Positions 27,075 through 36,412 of a stretch of 64,000 bases of DNA are shown here, in pieces (the stretch's first letter is position 1; every line of letters starts with the position of its first letter). The notes beneath the pieces are model-generated. The model saw only the letters and a program-made list of their open reading frames with translations. It did no database searches and was not told the origin of the DNA. Position numbers and translations under genes: made by a program. The stretch covers positions 90,075-154,074 of the forward strand of contig CAIYSL010000018.1 of NCBI GenBank assembly GCA_903928915.1, read 5' to 3'. The stretch comes from an uncultured Syntrophobacterales bacterium (lineage in GTDB: Bacteria > Desulfobacterota > Syntrophia > Syntrophales > UBA5619).

Positions 27075-28619
27075 ATGAACGGAAGCAAGTCGATCAAAGG
27101 CAAATGGATGCGGATCCTCGCTGCCGTGGCGGTTGCGGGGATACTGCTCGTACCGGCCGGACCCGGCTGGGCGGCGCCCCAGGGGGTGCTCAAGCAGGTG
27201 ATCCACTGGTCGTTCTCGGCCGACTGGTTCGACCCGTCGATGGGGAGTTTTCCGATGCCGGCCTACCACCCGCTGTACCTGTTCCATGACGCCCTGCTCA
27301 AGCCCATGGCCGGGGGGCTGTTCACCCCGTCCTTGGCGGAATCCTGGACGGTCAGCGAAGATTCCCGCACGTACGAGTTCAAGATCCGCAAGGGGGTCAA
27401 ATTTCACAACGGCGACGACCTGACTGCCGACGACGTGGTGTTCAGCATCAAGCGGTACAAGGGGGCAAACTCCAAAGTGATCCAGGGTAAACTCGACAAG
27501 GTGGAGGCCCTGAACCCGAACCTGGTCCGCGTTCATTTCAAGGAGCCGTTCCCCGATTTCCTCGAGTACATGCTGCCCGGCGCCACGACGATTGCCTGGA
27601 TCGTACCGAAGAAGTACATCGAGAAGGTGGGGGATGCGGAATTCAAGAAGCGCCCCGTCGGCGCCGGTCCGTACAAGTACGTGGAGTACGCCCCCGGGGT
27701 AAAGCTGGTGGCCGAGGCCTTCGAAGGGTACTGGCGGAAGGTCCCGAACATCAAGCGGATGGAGTTCACCAACGTGCCCGAGCCCGCGACCCGTCTGGCC
27801 ATGGTCAAGCGGGGCGAGGCCGACATCGCCACGCTGATGCAGGGGGTCTATTTTGAAGACCTGAAAAAGACTCCGTCCTTGCGCATGCTGGCCCCCTTGA
27901 GTCCGGTCAACTGGATGGTCTACATCGGGGCCCAGTGGGAGCCCAAGTCGCCCTGGGCCGACATCCGGGTGCGCAAGGCCGCCAGCCTCGCTATCGACCG
28001 GCAGACCCTGGCGGACATCCACATGCCCGGCTGCGGTCCCGTGGGCACGCTGGCCATGTCGAACGACCCGACGGCGGTCTCGTTCCCGGCGGATCCCTAC
28101 GACCCGGCGGCCGCGAAGAAACTCCTGGCCGAGGCCGGCTACCCCAACGGGTTCCCGGGAGGGAAATTCTACCCCTACGAGGGGGGGTACTGGCCCTACG
28201 GCGAGCAGGTAGCCACCTACTGGAAGGCCGTGGGCATCACCGTGGAAACGGTCCTCTTGGACAAGCCGGCGCTCCTGGCCCAGCGGGCAGGCGGGCGGAT
28301 GAAGGATGCCCTCTGGATCGACAACCCCACGGCCCCCTCGGTGGGGTTGCGCCTGAGCACCCTGTTCAGCGGCGGTTCCTACCGGAACTATCCCGACATC
28401 GCGGAGCTCTGGAACAAGTACCAGAAGGAGCCCTCGCAGAAGGTGCGCAAGACCCTGAGCGAGAAGATCCAGACCCTCGTTCACGAGCGGAGGATGTGGC
28501 TGCCCTTGACCGACACCAACTCGCCGGCGGCGATCGGACCGAAGGTGAAGGGGAACCCCTACAAGATCCAGCCGATGATCTGGTATACGGCCCCCTTCGA
28601 AGACATTGAGTTGAACTAG
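27075..28619 (+). CDS. ABC-type substrate-binding protein, family 5 (peptide/nickel/opine type), orphan
   Basis: ATG 27075 after AAAGGAGGA. Signal peptide. LAESWTVSEDSRTYEFKIRKGVKFHNGDDLTADDVVFS is typical of SBP_bac_5. No cognate permease or ATPase genes lie nearby. Confidence 0.85.
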   Translation: MNGSKSIKGKWMRILAAVAVAGILLVPAGPGWAAPQGVLKQVIHWSFSADWFDPSMGSFPMPAYHPLYLFHDALLKPMAGGLFTPSLAESWTVSEDSRTYEFKIRKGVKFHNGDDLTADDVVFSIKRYKGANSKVIQGKLDKVEALNPNLVRVHFKEPFPDFLEYMLPGATTIAWIVPKKYIEKVGDAEFKKRPVGAGPYKYVEYAPGVKLVAEAFEGYWRKVPNIKRMEFTNVPEPATRLAMVKRGEADIATLMQGVYFEDLKKTPSLRMLAPLSPVNWMVYIGAQWEPKSPWADIRVRKAASLAIDRQTLADIHMPGCGPVGTLAMSNDPTAVSFPADPYDPAAAKKLLAEAGYPNGFPGGKFYPYEGGYWPYGEQVATYWKAVGITVETVLLDKPALLAQRAGGRMKDALWIDNPTAPSVGLRLSTLFSGGSYRNYPDIAELWNKYQKEPSQKVRKTLSEKIQTLVHERRMWLPLTDTNSPAAIGPKVKGNPYKIQPMIWYTAPFEDIELN

Positions 28620-28628
28620 GCGCGCCAG

Positions 28629-28658
28629 GGTGCGGCAGACCCTGGGGTCTGCCGCACC
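28629..28658. other. GC-rich 13-bp stem-loop without U-tract
   Basis: ggtgcggcagacc ctgg ggtctgccgcacc. Lies 10 nt after the binding-protein stop codon. Confidence 0.35.
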
Positions 28659-28685
28659 GGCGGGCCATTATCCCCGGTACGTTCC

Positions 28686-29915
28686 ATGAATTACCCGAAA
28701 TGGATCTCGGTCCGGCAGAACCTCGACCGGAAGCGGGTCGGCGATCCCTACGGCGCCGCCGCCGGCCAGCTCTCCCTGCTGCCCGCGGGGCTCGTTCGCC
28801 GGGGTGCGCGAATCGCCGTCACCGCCGGCAGCCGCTGCATCGCCAACGTCGTCCCGATCACCCGGGCCGTGATCGATTACATCGCGGCGCAGGGGGGGGA
28901 GCCCTTCCTGGTCCCCGCCATGGGGAGCCACGGCGGGGCGACCAGCCGGGGACAGACGCAGGTCCTGGCCGAATTCGGCCTGACCGCCGAGGCGCTGGGT
29001 GTTCCGCTGCGCTCCTCGATGGAGGTCGTGCAGCTCGGCGTGGTCGAGAACATCCCGGTCTACATCGACCGGTATGCCCATGAGGCCGACGGGATCGTCA
29101 TCGTCAACCGGGTCAAGGCCCACCAGGTATTCAAGGGGGCGATCCAGAGCGGCCTGAACAAGATGCTCGTCATCGGGCTGGGCAAGCAGAAGGGGGCCGA
29201 TGCCGTCCACGCCTCCGGAAGGACCGATGTGCTCGGCCCGCTGGGGGATTTCCTCCGCGCTGCGGCGCCGGTCCTGTTCGGCGTGGCCATCCTGGAGAAT
29301 TCTTACGACGAGACCCGGGACGTGGCGGCGCTCTTGCCCGAGAGCTTCACCGAGTACGACGCGGCCTGGGCAAAGCTGTCCCGTTCGCTCATGCCGAAGA
29401 TCCCGGTCCGGCGGCTGGACCTCGTCGTGGTCGAGCGGATGGGCAAGGACGTGAGCGGCTCGGGGATGGATACGAACGTAATCGGGTTCACCCGGCGCCT
29501 GCTCGCCACCGGACAGACCGCAGTTCCGCTGGCAGTGCTGGCCCTGACGGAGAAGACCGAGGGCAACGCCATGGGGATCGGCCTTGCCGACCTGACCACG
29601 CGGCGGCTGGCGGAGGGGATCGACCGGCAGAAGACCTACACCAACGTCCTGGCCACGGGGATCTATTCCACGGGCCGCATCCCCGTGACGCTCGACGACG
29701 AGCGGGCGATCTTCGACACGGTCATCGGCAAGCTGGACGACCCGGAGCGGGCGCGGATCGTCCGGATCAAAAGCACCCTCGAGCTTGACCGGTTCTGGGC
29801 CACCGAGGCGCTGCGGGAAGAGCTCCGCGGCCAGCCGGAGCTGGAGGTCACCGCCGAGGCGGTGGAGACCCGTTTTGACGAGCAGGGGACCCTGGCCATC
29901 GACGCCGCGGGATGA
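28686..29915 (+). CDS. Uncharacterised protein, possibly lactate-racemase-N-terminal-like (DUF2088-type) domain
   Basis: 409 aa. Motifs IAVTAGSRCIANV, PAMGSHGGAT, MGKDVSGSGMDTNVIG recalled from proteins annotated as lactate racemase domain-containing. The assignment is tentative. Confidence 0.45.
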   Translation: MNYPKWISVRQNLDRKRVGDPYGAAAGQLSLLPAGLVRRGARIAVTAGSRCIANVVPITRAVIDYIAAQGGEPFLVPAMGSHGGATSRGQTQVLAEFGLTAEALGVPLRSSMEVVQLGVVENIPVYIDRYAHEADGIVIVNRVKAHQVFKGAIQSGLNKMLVIGLGKQKGADAVHASGRTDVLGPLGDFLRAAAPVLFGVAILENSYDETRDVAALLPESFTEYDAAWAKLSRSLMPKIPVRRLDLVVVERMGKDVSGSGMDTNVIGFTRRLLATGQTAVPLAVLALTEKTEGNAMGIGLADLTTRRLAEGIDRQKTYTNVLATGIYSTGRIPVTLDDERAIFDTVIGKLDDPERARIVRIKSTLELDRFWATEALREELRGQPELEVTAEAVETRFDEQGTLAIDAAG

Positions 29916-29982
29916 ACCCCCGCCGCGGTGAGCTAATTCCGGCGGGCCGGTAAACGGCGACGCCGCGCTGGAGAGGAGAGCC

Positions 29983-30984
29983 ATGCCAACGATGAAGGCG
30001 ATAGTGATGGAACGGCCCGGCGGGCCCGAGGTGCTGCGGTACGTGGATGTGCCCCTGCCGGAGCCGGCGGCGGGGCAGGTGCTCGTCCGGGCCCATGCCA
30101 TCGGCGTCGGGATGCCCGAGGTGCTGGTCCGGCGCGGCCAGTACGGCTGGATGCCGCCGCTGCCGGCCATCCCGGGGATCGAGATGAGCGGCGTGGTCGA
30201 GAAGCTAGGCGCGGGGGTGGCGACGCTGAAAGTTGGCCAGCCGGTCTTCGTTTCGGCGCGCGAGCTTGCCGTCCGCGGCGGCTGTTACGCCGAGTACATC
30301 GCCGCGGAGGCGGAGGCCCTGTACCCCCTGCCCGCGGGTATCGACCTCGACGCGGCAGCGGCCCTGTCCAACTACCAGGTCGCCTGGCATCTGCTCCACA
30401 GCGCCCCCAACGGGATGCGGTACGAATCCTTTGCGGTGACCGCGGCGGCCGGCGGGGTGGGTTCCGCGCTGGTCCAGTTGGGAAAGCTCGCGGGCAAGCG
30501 GGTGATCGGGATGGTCGACACGGACGAACGGGCCGCCTTCGTCCTTGCACTCGGGGCCGACGGAGCGGTCAACTGCGTCAGCGAGAACGTGACCGACCGC
30601 GTCCGCAGCCTCACGCAGGGCCGCGGGGTGGACATGATTTTCGACTCGCTCGGGGGGCCGCAGTTCGCCGACCAGTTCGAGCGGCTGGCCCCCTTCGGGA
30701 TGGCGGTCTCCTTCGGATTTCTCGCCGGCCCGCCGGGCGGCGACGTGATCGGGGCCATCCGCAGGCGGATCACCGACTGCCTGGGGATGCGGATCTTTTC
30801 GATGCACGCCTTCGACCAGGACCGCGCGAAACGGCGGGGGGTGACGGAAGAGCTGTTTCGCCTGGCAGCGGCGGGGAGGATCAAACCGCCGATCTTTGCG
30901 CGCCTTCCCCTGGCGGAGGCGGGCCGGGCCCAGGCCCTGATCGAGGCGGGCAAGGTGCAGGGCAAAGTCATCCTCAAGCCCTGA
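29983..30984 (+). CDS. Quinone oxidoreductase / zeta-crystallin-type MDR
   Basis: MKAIVMERPGGPEVL...GQVLVRAHAIGV...AAAGGVGSALVQLGK...GKVQGKVILKP. No catalytic-zinc motif. Confidence 0.85.
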   Translation: MPTMKAIVMERPGGPEVLRYVDVPLPEPAAGQVLVRAHAIGVGMPEVLVRRGQYGWMPPLPAIPGIEMSGVVEKLGAGVATLKVGQPVFVSARELAVRGGCYAEYIAAEAEALYPLPAGIDLDAAAALSNYQVAWHLLHSAPNGMRYESFAVTAAAGGVGSALVQLGKLAGKRVIGMVDTDERAAFVLALGADGAVNCVSENVTDRVRSLTQGRGVDMIFDSLGGPQFADQFERLAPFGMAVSFGFLAGPPGGDVIGAIRRRITDCLGMRIFSMHAFDQDRAKRRGVTEELFRLAAAGRIKPPIFARLPLAEAGRAQALIEAGKVQGKVILKP

Positions 30985-31234
30985 TGCGGATCTTTAGAAA
31001 TCGCATCCCTCCGCGCGCTGGATCTTTTCCGACCCTGCGGCTCCTCGCTGCGCTGCAAAGACGAAAGTCGCGCTCGCGCGCTCAGACAATCGTCTTTGCT
31101 CCCGCTCCGCTGCGGAGGCAGGATGCCCCGGAAGATCTCCAATGCGCGCATCCGGGATACGATTCCCAAGGGGCGGAGGTTTTTTCCGGACGGTATCGGA
31201 CGGGTGTTTGTGGGAAAAGAAAGGCGGGAGTGCT

Positions 31235-32218
31235 ATGAAGAAGCTCTGGCTGTCCATCGTCGTTTTCGCGTTTTGTGTGTGCGGGGTCGGTGCGGACTGT
31301 GCGGCCGCCGCGGCGGAGTACCCGAACAAGCCGATCACCTGCATCATTCCCATGGAGCCCGGGGCCGACGGCGACATCAACATGCGCACGATCATGAAGA
31401 AGGCCTCGGAGTTCCTGGGCCAGCCCATCATGGTGGTGAACAAACCCGGCGCCGGCCAGACCATGGGGTACCGGGAGCTGTACAAGGCGAAACCCGACGG
31501 GTACACGATCGGGACCTGTGCCGCCTCGCTGATCATGGCCAAGATGCAGGGGATCTATCCGCAGAACCATCGCGATTTCTCGCTCGTCGCCTTCGGGTAT
31601 CATGCCCTGCCGATCGTCCTGGCCTCGACCGCGTCGAAGCATTCCTTCCAGTCAATCGAGGAGGTCGTCGCCTTCGCCAAGGCAAATCCGAACGCAGTCT
31701 CGATGGCCACGACGTCGGTGGGCGGGGCCTACTGGATCGCCGCCCAGATGGTCGAGATGGCCCTGAAGGTGGATCTCAACCTGATCCCCCAGGAGGGTTC
31801 GGCGGGGTTTGTCGTGACCGCGGTGGCGGGGGGGCACGCGGATTTGGGGGTGACCAGCTTTTCCGCCGCCAAGGGGCAGATCGAGGCGGGAAAGATCCGG
31901 TTCCTCGGGGTGGCCGGCCCCCAGCGCTACCCGGGGAAATTCAATCACGTCAAGACCCTCAAGGAGATGGGGTACGACGCCAGCATGAGTTCTTTCGCGG
32001 CCGTCATGGGGCCGCCCCGGATGCCGAAAGAGATCGTGAACAAGCTCTCCGCGGCGATCGAGAAGGCGATCAAGGACCCCGAAGTGGAAAGGACGATCGT
32101 CAGCCGCAACATGATTCCCGAGTACATGCCCCCCGAGGCGTTCCTGAAATTCTGCAACGAGCAGGAGGTTGGCTACCGGACAGTCCTCGAAAAACTGAAC
32201 ATGCTGAAGACCAAATAG
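31235..32218 (+). CDS. tctC: TctC/Bug family substrate-binding protein (second copy)
   Basis: ATG 31235. Signal peptide, then AEYPNKPITCIIPMEPGADGDINMR...VVNKPGAGQTMGY...KPDGYTIG. Confidence 0.85.
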   Translation: MKKLWLSIVVFAFCVCGVGADCAAAAAEYPNKPITCIIPMEPGADGDINMRTIMKKASEFLGQPIMVVNKPGAGQTMGYRELYKAKPDGYTIGTCAASLIMAKMQGIYPQNHRDFSLVAFGYHALPIVLASTASKHSFQSIEEVVAFAKANPNAVSMATTSVGGAYWIAAQMVEMALKVDLNLIPQEGSAGFVVTAVAGGHADLGVTSFSAAKGQIEAGKIRFLGVAGPQRYPGKFNHVKTLKEMGYDASMSSFAAVMGPPRMPKEIVNKLSAAIEKAIKDPEVERTIVSRNMIPEYMPPEAFLKFCNEQEVGYRTVLEKLNMLKTK

Positions 32219-32336
32219 GGTCCCGGCAACCGCCCGGGAGGTTGGTTCCGCAGGCGCGGCCCTCCGGGCGGGATAGGATCGCAGCAGGAAAACGGGTATC
32301 TTCCATAGCAGGGAGCTTTGCGTGGGGAGGAAGCAG

Positions 32337-32801
32337 ATGCGCAGGGTGGCGGCGTCGACCGGTGCGTGGGTGTGGTGCATTCTGTTGTTCGGCCTCGGTC
32401 TGACGATCATGATCTCGTCGCTGCAGATCGGATTCGGCAGATTCACCAAACCGGGGCCCGGGCTTTTCCCGTTTATCTGCGGGCTGATCCTCGCCGTGCA
32501 GAGCATCGTCCTGTGCCTGGCCGGCGATGCGGGATCCGTCAAGAACGACGAGACCCTGCGCCACCCCGGAGCCGCGCCGAAATTCCTCGCCCTGATGGCG
32601 GTGCTTGTCCTCTGGATCCTGGCGATGCCACTTTTCGGCTGGGTCGCCCTGACCTTTCTGGCGACCCTCGCGATCGCGAAGATCATGGCTGCGGAAGGCT
32701 GGGTGAAGCCGCTCATCCTGGCCGCCGTCAATTGCGGGTTCTCGTACCTGCTGTTCGGATACCTGCTGGCGATCGACTTGCCGACGGGGTTTTGGGGATA
32801 G
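32337..32801 (+). CDS. tctB: TctB family small permease (second copy)
   Basis: GPGLFPFICGL motif, four TM segments. ATG 32337 has GGGGAGG 6 nt upstream. The track ORF starts at GTG 32322. Confidence 0.7.
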   Translation: MRRVAASTGAWVWCILLFGLGLTIMISSLQIGFGRFTKPGPGLFPFICGLILAVQSIVLCLAGDAGSVKNDETLRHPGAAPKFLALMAVLVLWILAMPLFGWVALTFLATLAIAKIMAAEGWVKPLILAAVNCGFSYLLFGYLLAIDLPTGFWG

Positions 32802-32824
32802 GGCCGTACAGGGGGGCAGCCTGC

Positions 32825-34318
32825 ATGGAATTCGACGCCTTGTTCAACGGATTCGCCACCTTCCTGTCGGTCAAGTACATCCTGGCCTGTCTGATCGGGG
32901 CGCTTCTCGGCACGGTCATCGGCGTTCTGCCGGGACTGGGTCCCACGACGACGATGAGTCTGATGCTCCCCTTCACGGCCTCGCTGGACGCCACCTTCGG
33001 CATCATCATGCTGACGGGGATTCTGGTCGGCTCTCAGTACGGGGGATCCACCACCTCGGTCCTCGTCAACATCCCGGGGGAGGCAGCCAGCGTCGTGAGC
33101 TGCCTCGACGGCTACCAGATGGCCAAGAAGGGTCGGGGTGGGGCCGCCCTGGCGCTGGTTGCCGTCGGTTCCTTCATCGCGGGCACGGTGGCGATCGTGG
33201 GCACGCAGGTCTTCGCCCCGCTCCTGGGTTCGGCGGCCCTTTCCTTCGGCCCCCCCGAATTCCTCGCCCTGATGGTCCTCTGCTTCATCCTCTTGTCCAA
33301 CCTCAGCGGCGATTCCCCGGTCAAGGGGTCCTGTATGTTCGCCCTGGGGCTCTGGCTCAGCGCCATCGGCGTCGGTCCCCTGGACGGTGTGGCGCGTTTT
33401 TCCTTCGGGGTCGACGACCTGATGCTCGGGATCGAATTCCTGCCCGTGGCCGTGGGGCTCTTCGGCATCAGCGAGATCCTCATCACCGCCGTTGTCCCCT
33501 ATGTCCCGCCGGTGCTCGAGAAGATCCGCTTCAGGGACCTCTACCCGAACGGGGAGGAGGTGCGACGCTCCGCAGGCCCGGTGGCGCGGGGGTCGATCCT
33601 CGGTTTCTTCGTCGGCCTGGTGCCCGGTCCCGCCACGGTCATCGCCACCTTCGTCTCCTACGCCCTGGAAAAGCGGGTCGCGCGGCGGCCGGAGGAATTC
33701 GGCCGGGGCGCGGTGGAGGGGCTGGTCGGTCCCGAGTCGGCCAACAACAGCGCCTGCGTGGGGTCGATGATCCCGCTGCTCACCCTGGGGATCCCCTTCA
33801 ACGCCCCCTCGGCGGTCCTGCTGGCGGGGCTCCTGATGCATAACGTGGAGCCGGGGCCGCTCTTGTTCCAGAACGCCCCCCAGGTGTTCTGGACCTACAT
33901 CGCGGCGCTCTACATCGGCAACGTGGTCCTGCTCTTCTTGAACCTCCCGCTCGTCGGGATCTTCGCCCGTGTGGCCACGATCCGCCCGGTGATCCTGATG
34001 CCCGTGGTGAGCACCATCTGCCTGCTGGGCGTGTACTGTTCGCGAAACAACCTGTTCGATGTCTGGGTGATGGTGGCCGCCGGGATCGCCGGCGTGTTCT
34101 TCCGGATCTGGCGGTACCCCGTTGCCCCGCTGGTCGTGGGGCTGATCCTGGGCCCCATGGCGGAGAACAGCTTTCGGAAGACGCTGCTGATGTTCCACGG
34201 GAGCCTGATGCCCATGGCGGAGCGGCCGATCGCCGTGGCCATCCTGCTTGCGGCAGCCGCCTTCATCGTGGTGAAGGTCGTCTATTACGCGCTGCGGCGC
34301 AGGCGGGCTGCGGTGTAA
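32825..34318 (+). CDS. tctA: TctA family large permease (second copy)
   Basis: ATG 32825. GVLPGLGPTTTMSLMLP...YGGSTTSVLVNIPGE...GPESANNSA. Clearly paralogous to 7345..8853. Confidence 0.9.
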   Translation: MEFDALFNGFATFLSVKYILACLIGALLGTVIGVLPGLGPTTTMSLMLPFTASLDATFGIIMLTGILVGSQYGGSTTSVLVNIPGEAASVVSCLDGYQMAKKGRGGAALALVAVGSFIAGTVAIVGTQVFAPLLGSAALSFGPPEFLALMVLCFILLSNLSGDSPVKGSCMFALGLWLSAIGVGPLDGVARFSFGVDDLMLGIEFLPVAVGLFGISEILITAVVPYVPPVLEKIRFRDLYPNGEEVRRSAGPVARGSILGFFVGLVPGPATVIATFVSYALEKRVARRPEEFGRGAVEGLVGPESANNSACVGSMIPLLTLGIPFNAPSAVLLAGLLMHNVEPGPLLFQNAPQVFWTYIAALYIGNVVLLFLNLPLVGIFARVATIRPVILMPVVSTICLLGVYCSRNNLFDVWVMVAAGIAGVFFRIWRYPVAPLVVGLILGPMAENSFRKTLLMFHGSLMPMAERPIAVAILLAAAAFIVVKVVYYALRRRRAAV

Positions 34319-34381
34319 AGGACAGGTGTCGTTCGGACGGCCGCGCAGGCCGGGAGAGGACAAGGAAAGGAGGATACGCGT

Positions 34382-35194
34382 ATGCGACTCGTCGACATTC
34401 CGCCCTATCGCGGGGCAGGGTATGAATACAACCCCAAGGAGGGGCCGTGGATCCGGGAGCTGATCGACAACCTGCGGCAGCGGGGACAGCTGGAGGGCGT
34501 CGAGGTGGAGATCGACGAGGGGCACTTCACCGATCATACCTATGAGACCCGCAACGAGGAGGTCTGGGCGAACCTGGCGCCGGGGTTCCTGCGGCGGGTC
34601 CGGGAGTGTTCGGAGAGCGGCCGGTACGACGCCATCATCTGTCACGTCCCGATCGACGAGGGGGCGATCGCCGCGCAATTCGTCTCCAAGATACCCGTGG
34701 CGCTGGCGCTCCACTCGGCTGTCCATTTCGCCTCCTTCATCGGCGATAAGTTCTCGATCATCGACATCAGCGACCAGCACGGCCCCCGGCAGCGGCATCT
34801 CGTCCAGAATTACGGCCTCAACCACAAGCTGATGAGCATCCGGACGATCAACCGCACCTCGACGCAGGTGATGCGGCTGGTGCGGCAGTTCCCTAAAGGG
34901 GAGCGGGCGCGGGCGCCCGAGATCCAGGGGATCGTCCTCGACGCCGTGGCGCAGGGGATCAACGCCATCGAGAAGGAGCGGGTGGACACGCTGATCCTGG
35001 GCTTCCCCGGGCTGGAGCTGCTCCAGCGGGAGATCAGGCAGGGCCTCGACGATAAGGGCTACGACGAAATCCCGATGGTCTGCATGTTCACCGCCTCGGT
35101 GGAGATGGCAAAGGCGATGGTCAACATGGGGCTGAAACAGGCGGCCCGGGCTTACCCGGGGGACGGCCTGCGGGCGAAGCCGGAGTACCGGTAG
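34382..35194 (+). CDS. Asp/Glu/hydantoin racemase-like protein (tentative)
   Basis: 270 aa. YDAIICHVPIDEG and VDTLILGFPGLELL resemble the two half-site motifs of this superfamily, but the second lacks the Cys I recall from two-thiol racemases. Confidence 0.45.
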   Translation: MRLVDIPPYRGAGYEYNPKEGPWIRELIDNLRQRGQLEGVEVEIDEGHFTDHTYETRNEEVWANLAPGFLRRVRECSESGRYDAIICHVPIDEGAIAAQFVSKIPVALALHSAVHFASFIGDKFSIIDISDQHGPRQRHLVQNYGLNHKLMSIRTINRTSTQVMRLVRQFPKGERARAPEIQGIVLDAVAQGINAIEKERVDTLILGFPGLELLQREIRQGLDDKGYDEIPMVCMFTASVEMAKAMVNMGLKQAARAYPGDGLRAKPEYR

Positions 35195-35367
35195 CCGAGG
35201 GCGACATTCACAAATCGATATCAGATATTAAGAGGGCCGTCATGCGGAAGGGCTATGGAGGCGCATTGGGGATGCTGGCGCCGGCTTGTCTGGTCATCGC
35301 CCCGTTTCCTGCGGCGGCGGCCGACAACGTGAGCGTGGGGCCATGCCGCCGGGCATTGGATGAGTAA

Positions 35368-36300
35368 ATGAATATACCGACTCGTACCGGTGAGCCCTCG
35401 ATGCAGAAAATCCCCCGCATATCCTTTCAAAAAAAACAGAATGCGCAACTGGAATTCGAAATTGTTACGCTGCAGAGTCTTTTCCGCCGGCAGACGGAAC
35501 TGAGCTTCGCGCTTGATAAGCCGCACCGGGTCGATTTTTATTCCATTATGTACATCACTCGGGGCACCGGGATCCATGAAATCGACTTTGTCCCCTATGT
35601 GTATAGGGCCGGCAGCGTGCTTTTCATTTCCCAAGGGCAGGTGCACGCCTTTGATGCAGGCCCGGGCCGGGACGGATACCTGCTGCTGTTCACCGAACAT
35701 TTTCTTGCAAAGAACTTGATCCATTCCGACCTGCTCTCTCTTTACCGGCTGTACAATTACCACCTGCACGTACCCATCCTGCAACCGGAGGAGCTCGGCA
35801 GGGAAGATTTCCGCGGCCTCGTTTCCGAGCTCTATCGGGAGTATCGGGCGGAGGAGAATTTTGCCCGGGAGGACCTTCTGCGGCTGTGGCTGAAGCTTCT
35901 GTTGTTGAAGGCGGAGCGAATCAAGCGCACCCTGATCGCGGATCAGAAGAATGCCGGGTGGCCGACCCTGTTCGGAGCCTTCCGCAATCATCTGGAAAGG
36001 AGTTTCAGCGAAACCCGGAACGCAGCAGATTACGCAGGGAGACTGAATATCTCCTATAACCATTTGAATAGAATCTGCAAATCCATGGCCGGCGCCACGG
36101 CCAAGGAGTTCATCGACCGCTTCGTGGTTCTGGAAATCAAACGACGTCTTGCCATGGCCGATATCTCGGTAAAAGAGCTGACGTACGCAATGGGGTTCGA
36201 CGAACCGACCAATCTGGTCAAGTATTTCAAGAAGCACACCGGCCAATCCCCGACCCAGTTCAAACATTCCCTGCAATCCGTACCGCAACGCCCCCAATAG
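35368..36300 (+). CDS. AraC family transcriptional regulator
   Basis: N-terminal cupin-like sensor (HRVDFYSIMYITRGTGIHEIDF) and C-terminal double HTH (AADYAGRLNISYNHLNRICK...VKELTYAMGFDEPTNLVKYFKKHTGQSP). GC is lower than in flanking genes. Confidence 0.85.
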   Translation: MNIPTRTGEPSMQKIPRISFQKKQNAQLEFEIVTLQSLFRRQTELSFALDKPHRVDFYSIMYITRGTGIHEIDFVPYVYRAGSVLFISQGQVHAFDAGPGRDGYLLLFTEHFLAKNLIHSDLLSLYRLYNYHLHVPILQPEELGREDFRGLVSELYREYRAEENFAREDLLRLWLKLLLLKAERIKRTLIADQKNAGWPTLFGAFRNHLERSFSETRNAADYAGRLNISYNHLNRICKSMAGATAKEFIDRFVVLEIKRRLAMADISVKELTYAMGFDEPTNLVKYFKKHTGQSPTQFKHSLQSVPQRPQ

Positions 36301-36412
36301 GGCTCTCATCACCGCCCGGTTCGATATTTACCATAAAGAGGTTGAAGTCAACCTTTCCCCGGTCCGGCCCGGGGGGTATGCTTGCCTCACATTTCAGTCC
36401 AGGAGGCAGGGT

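Noticed and set aside
31652-34825. 1057-aa minus-strand ORF
   Set aside because: It is antisense to the clearly recognisable tctC-tctB-tctA genes. Its composition (runs of R, P, G, H, D) is typical of a high-GC shadow frame.
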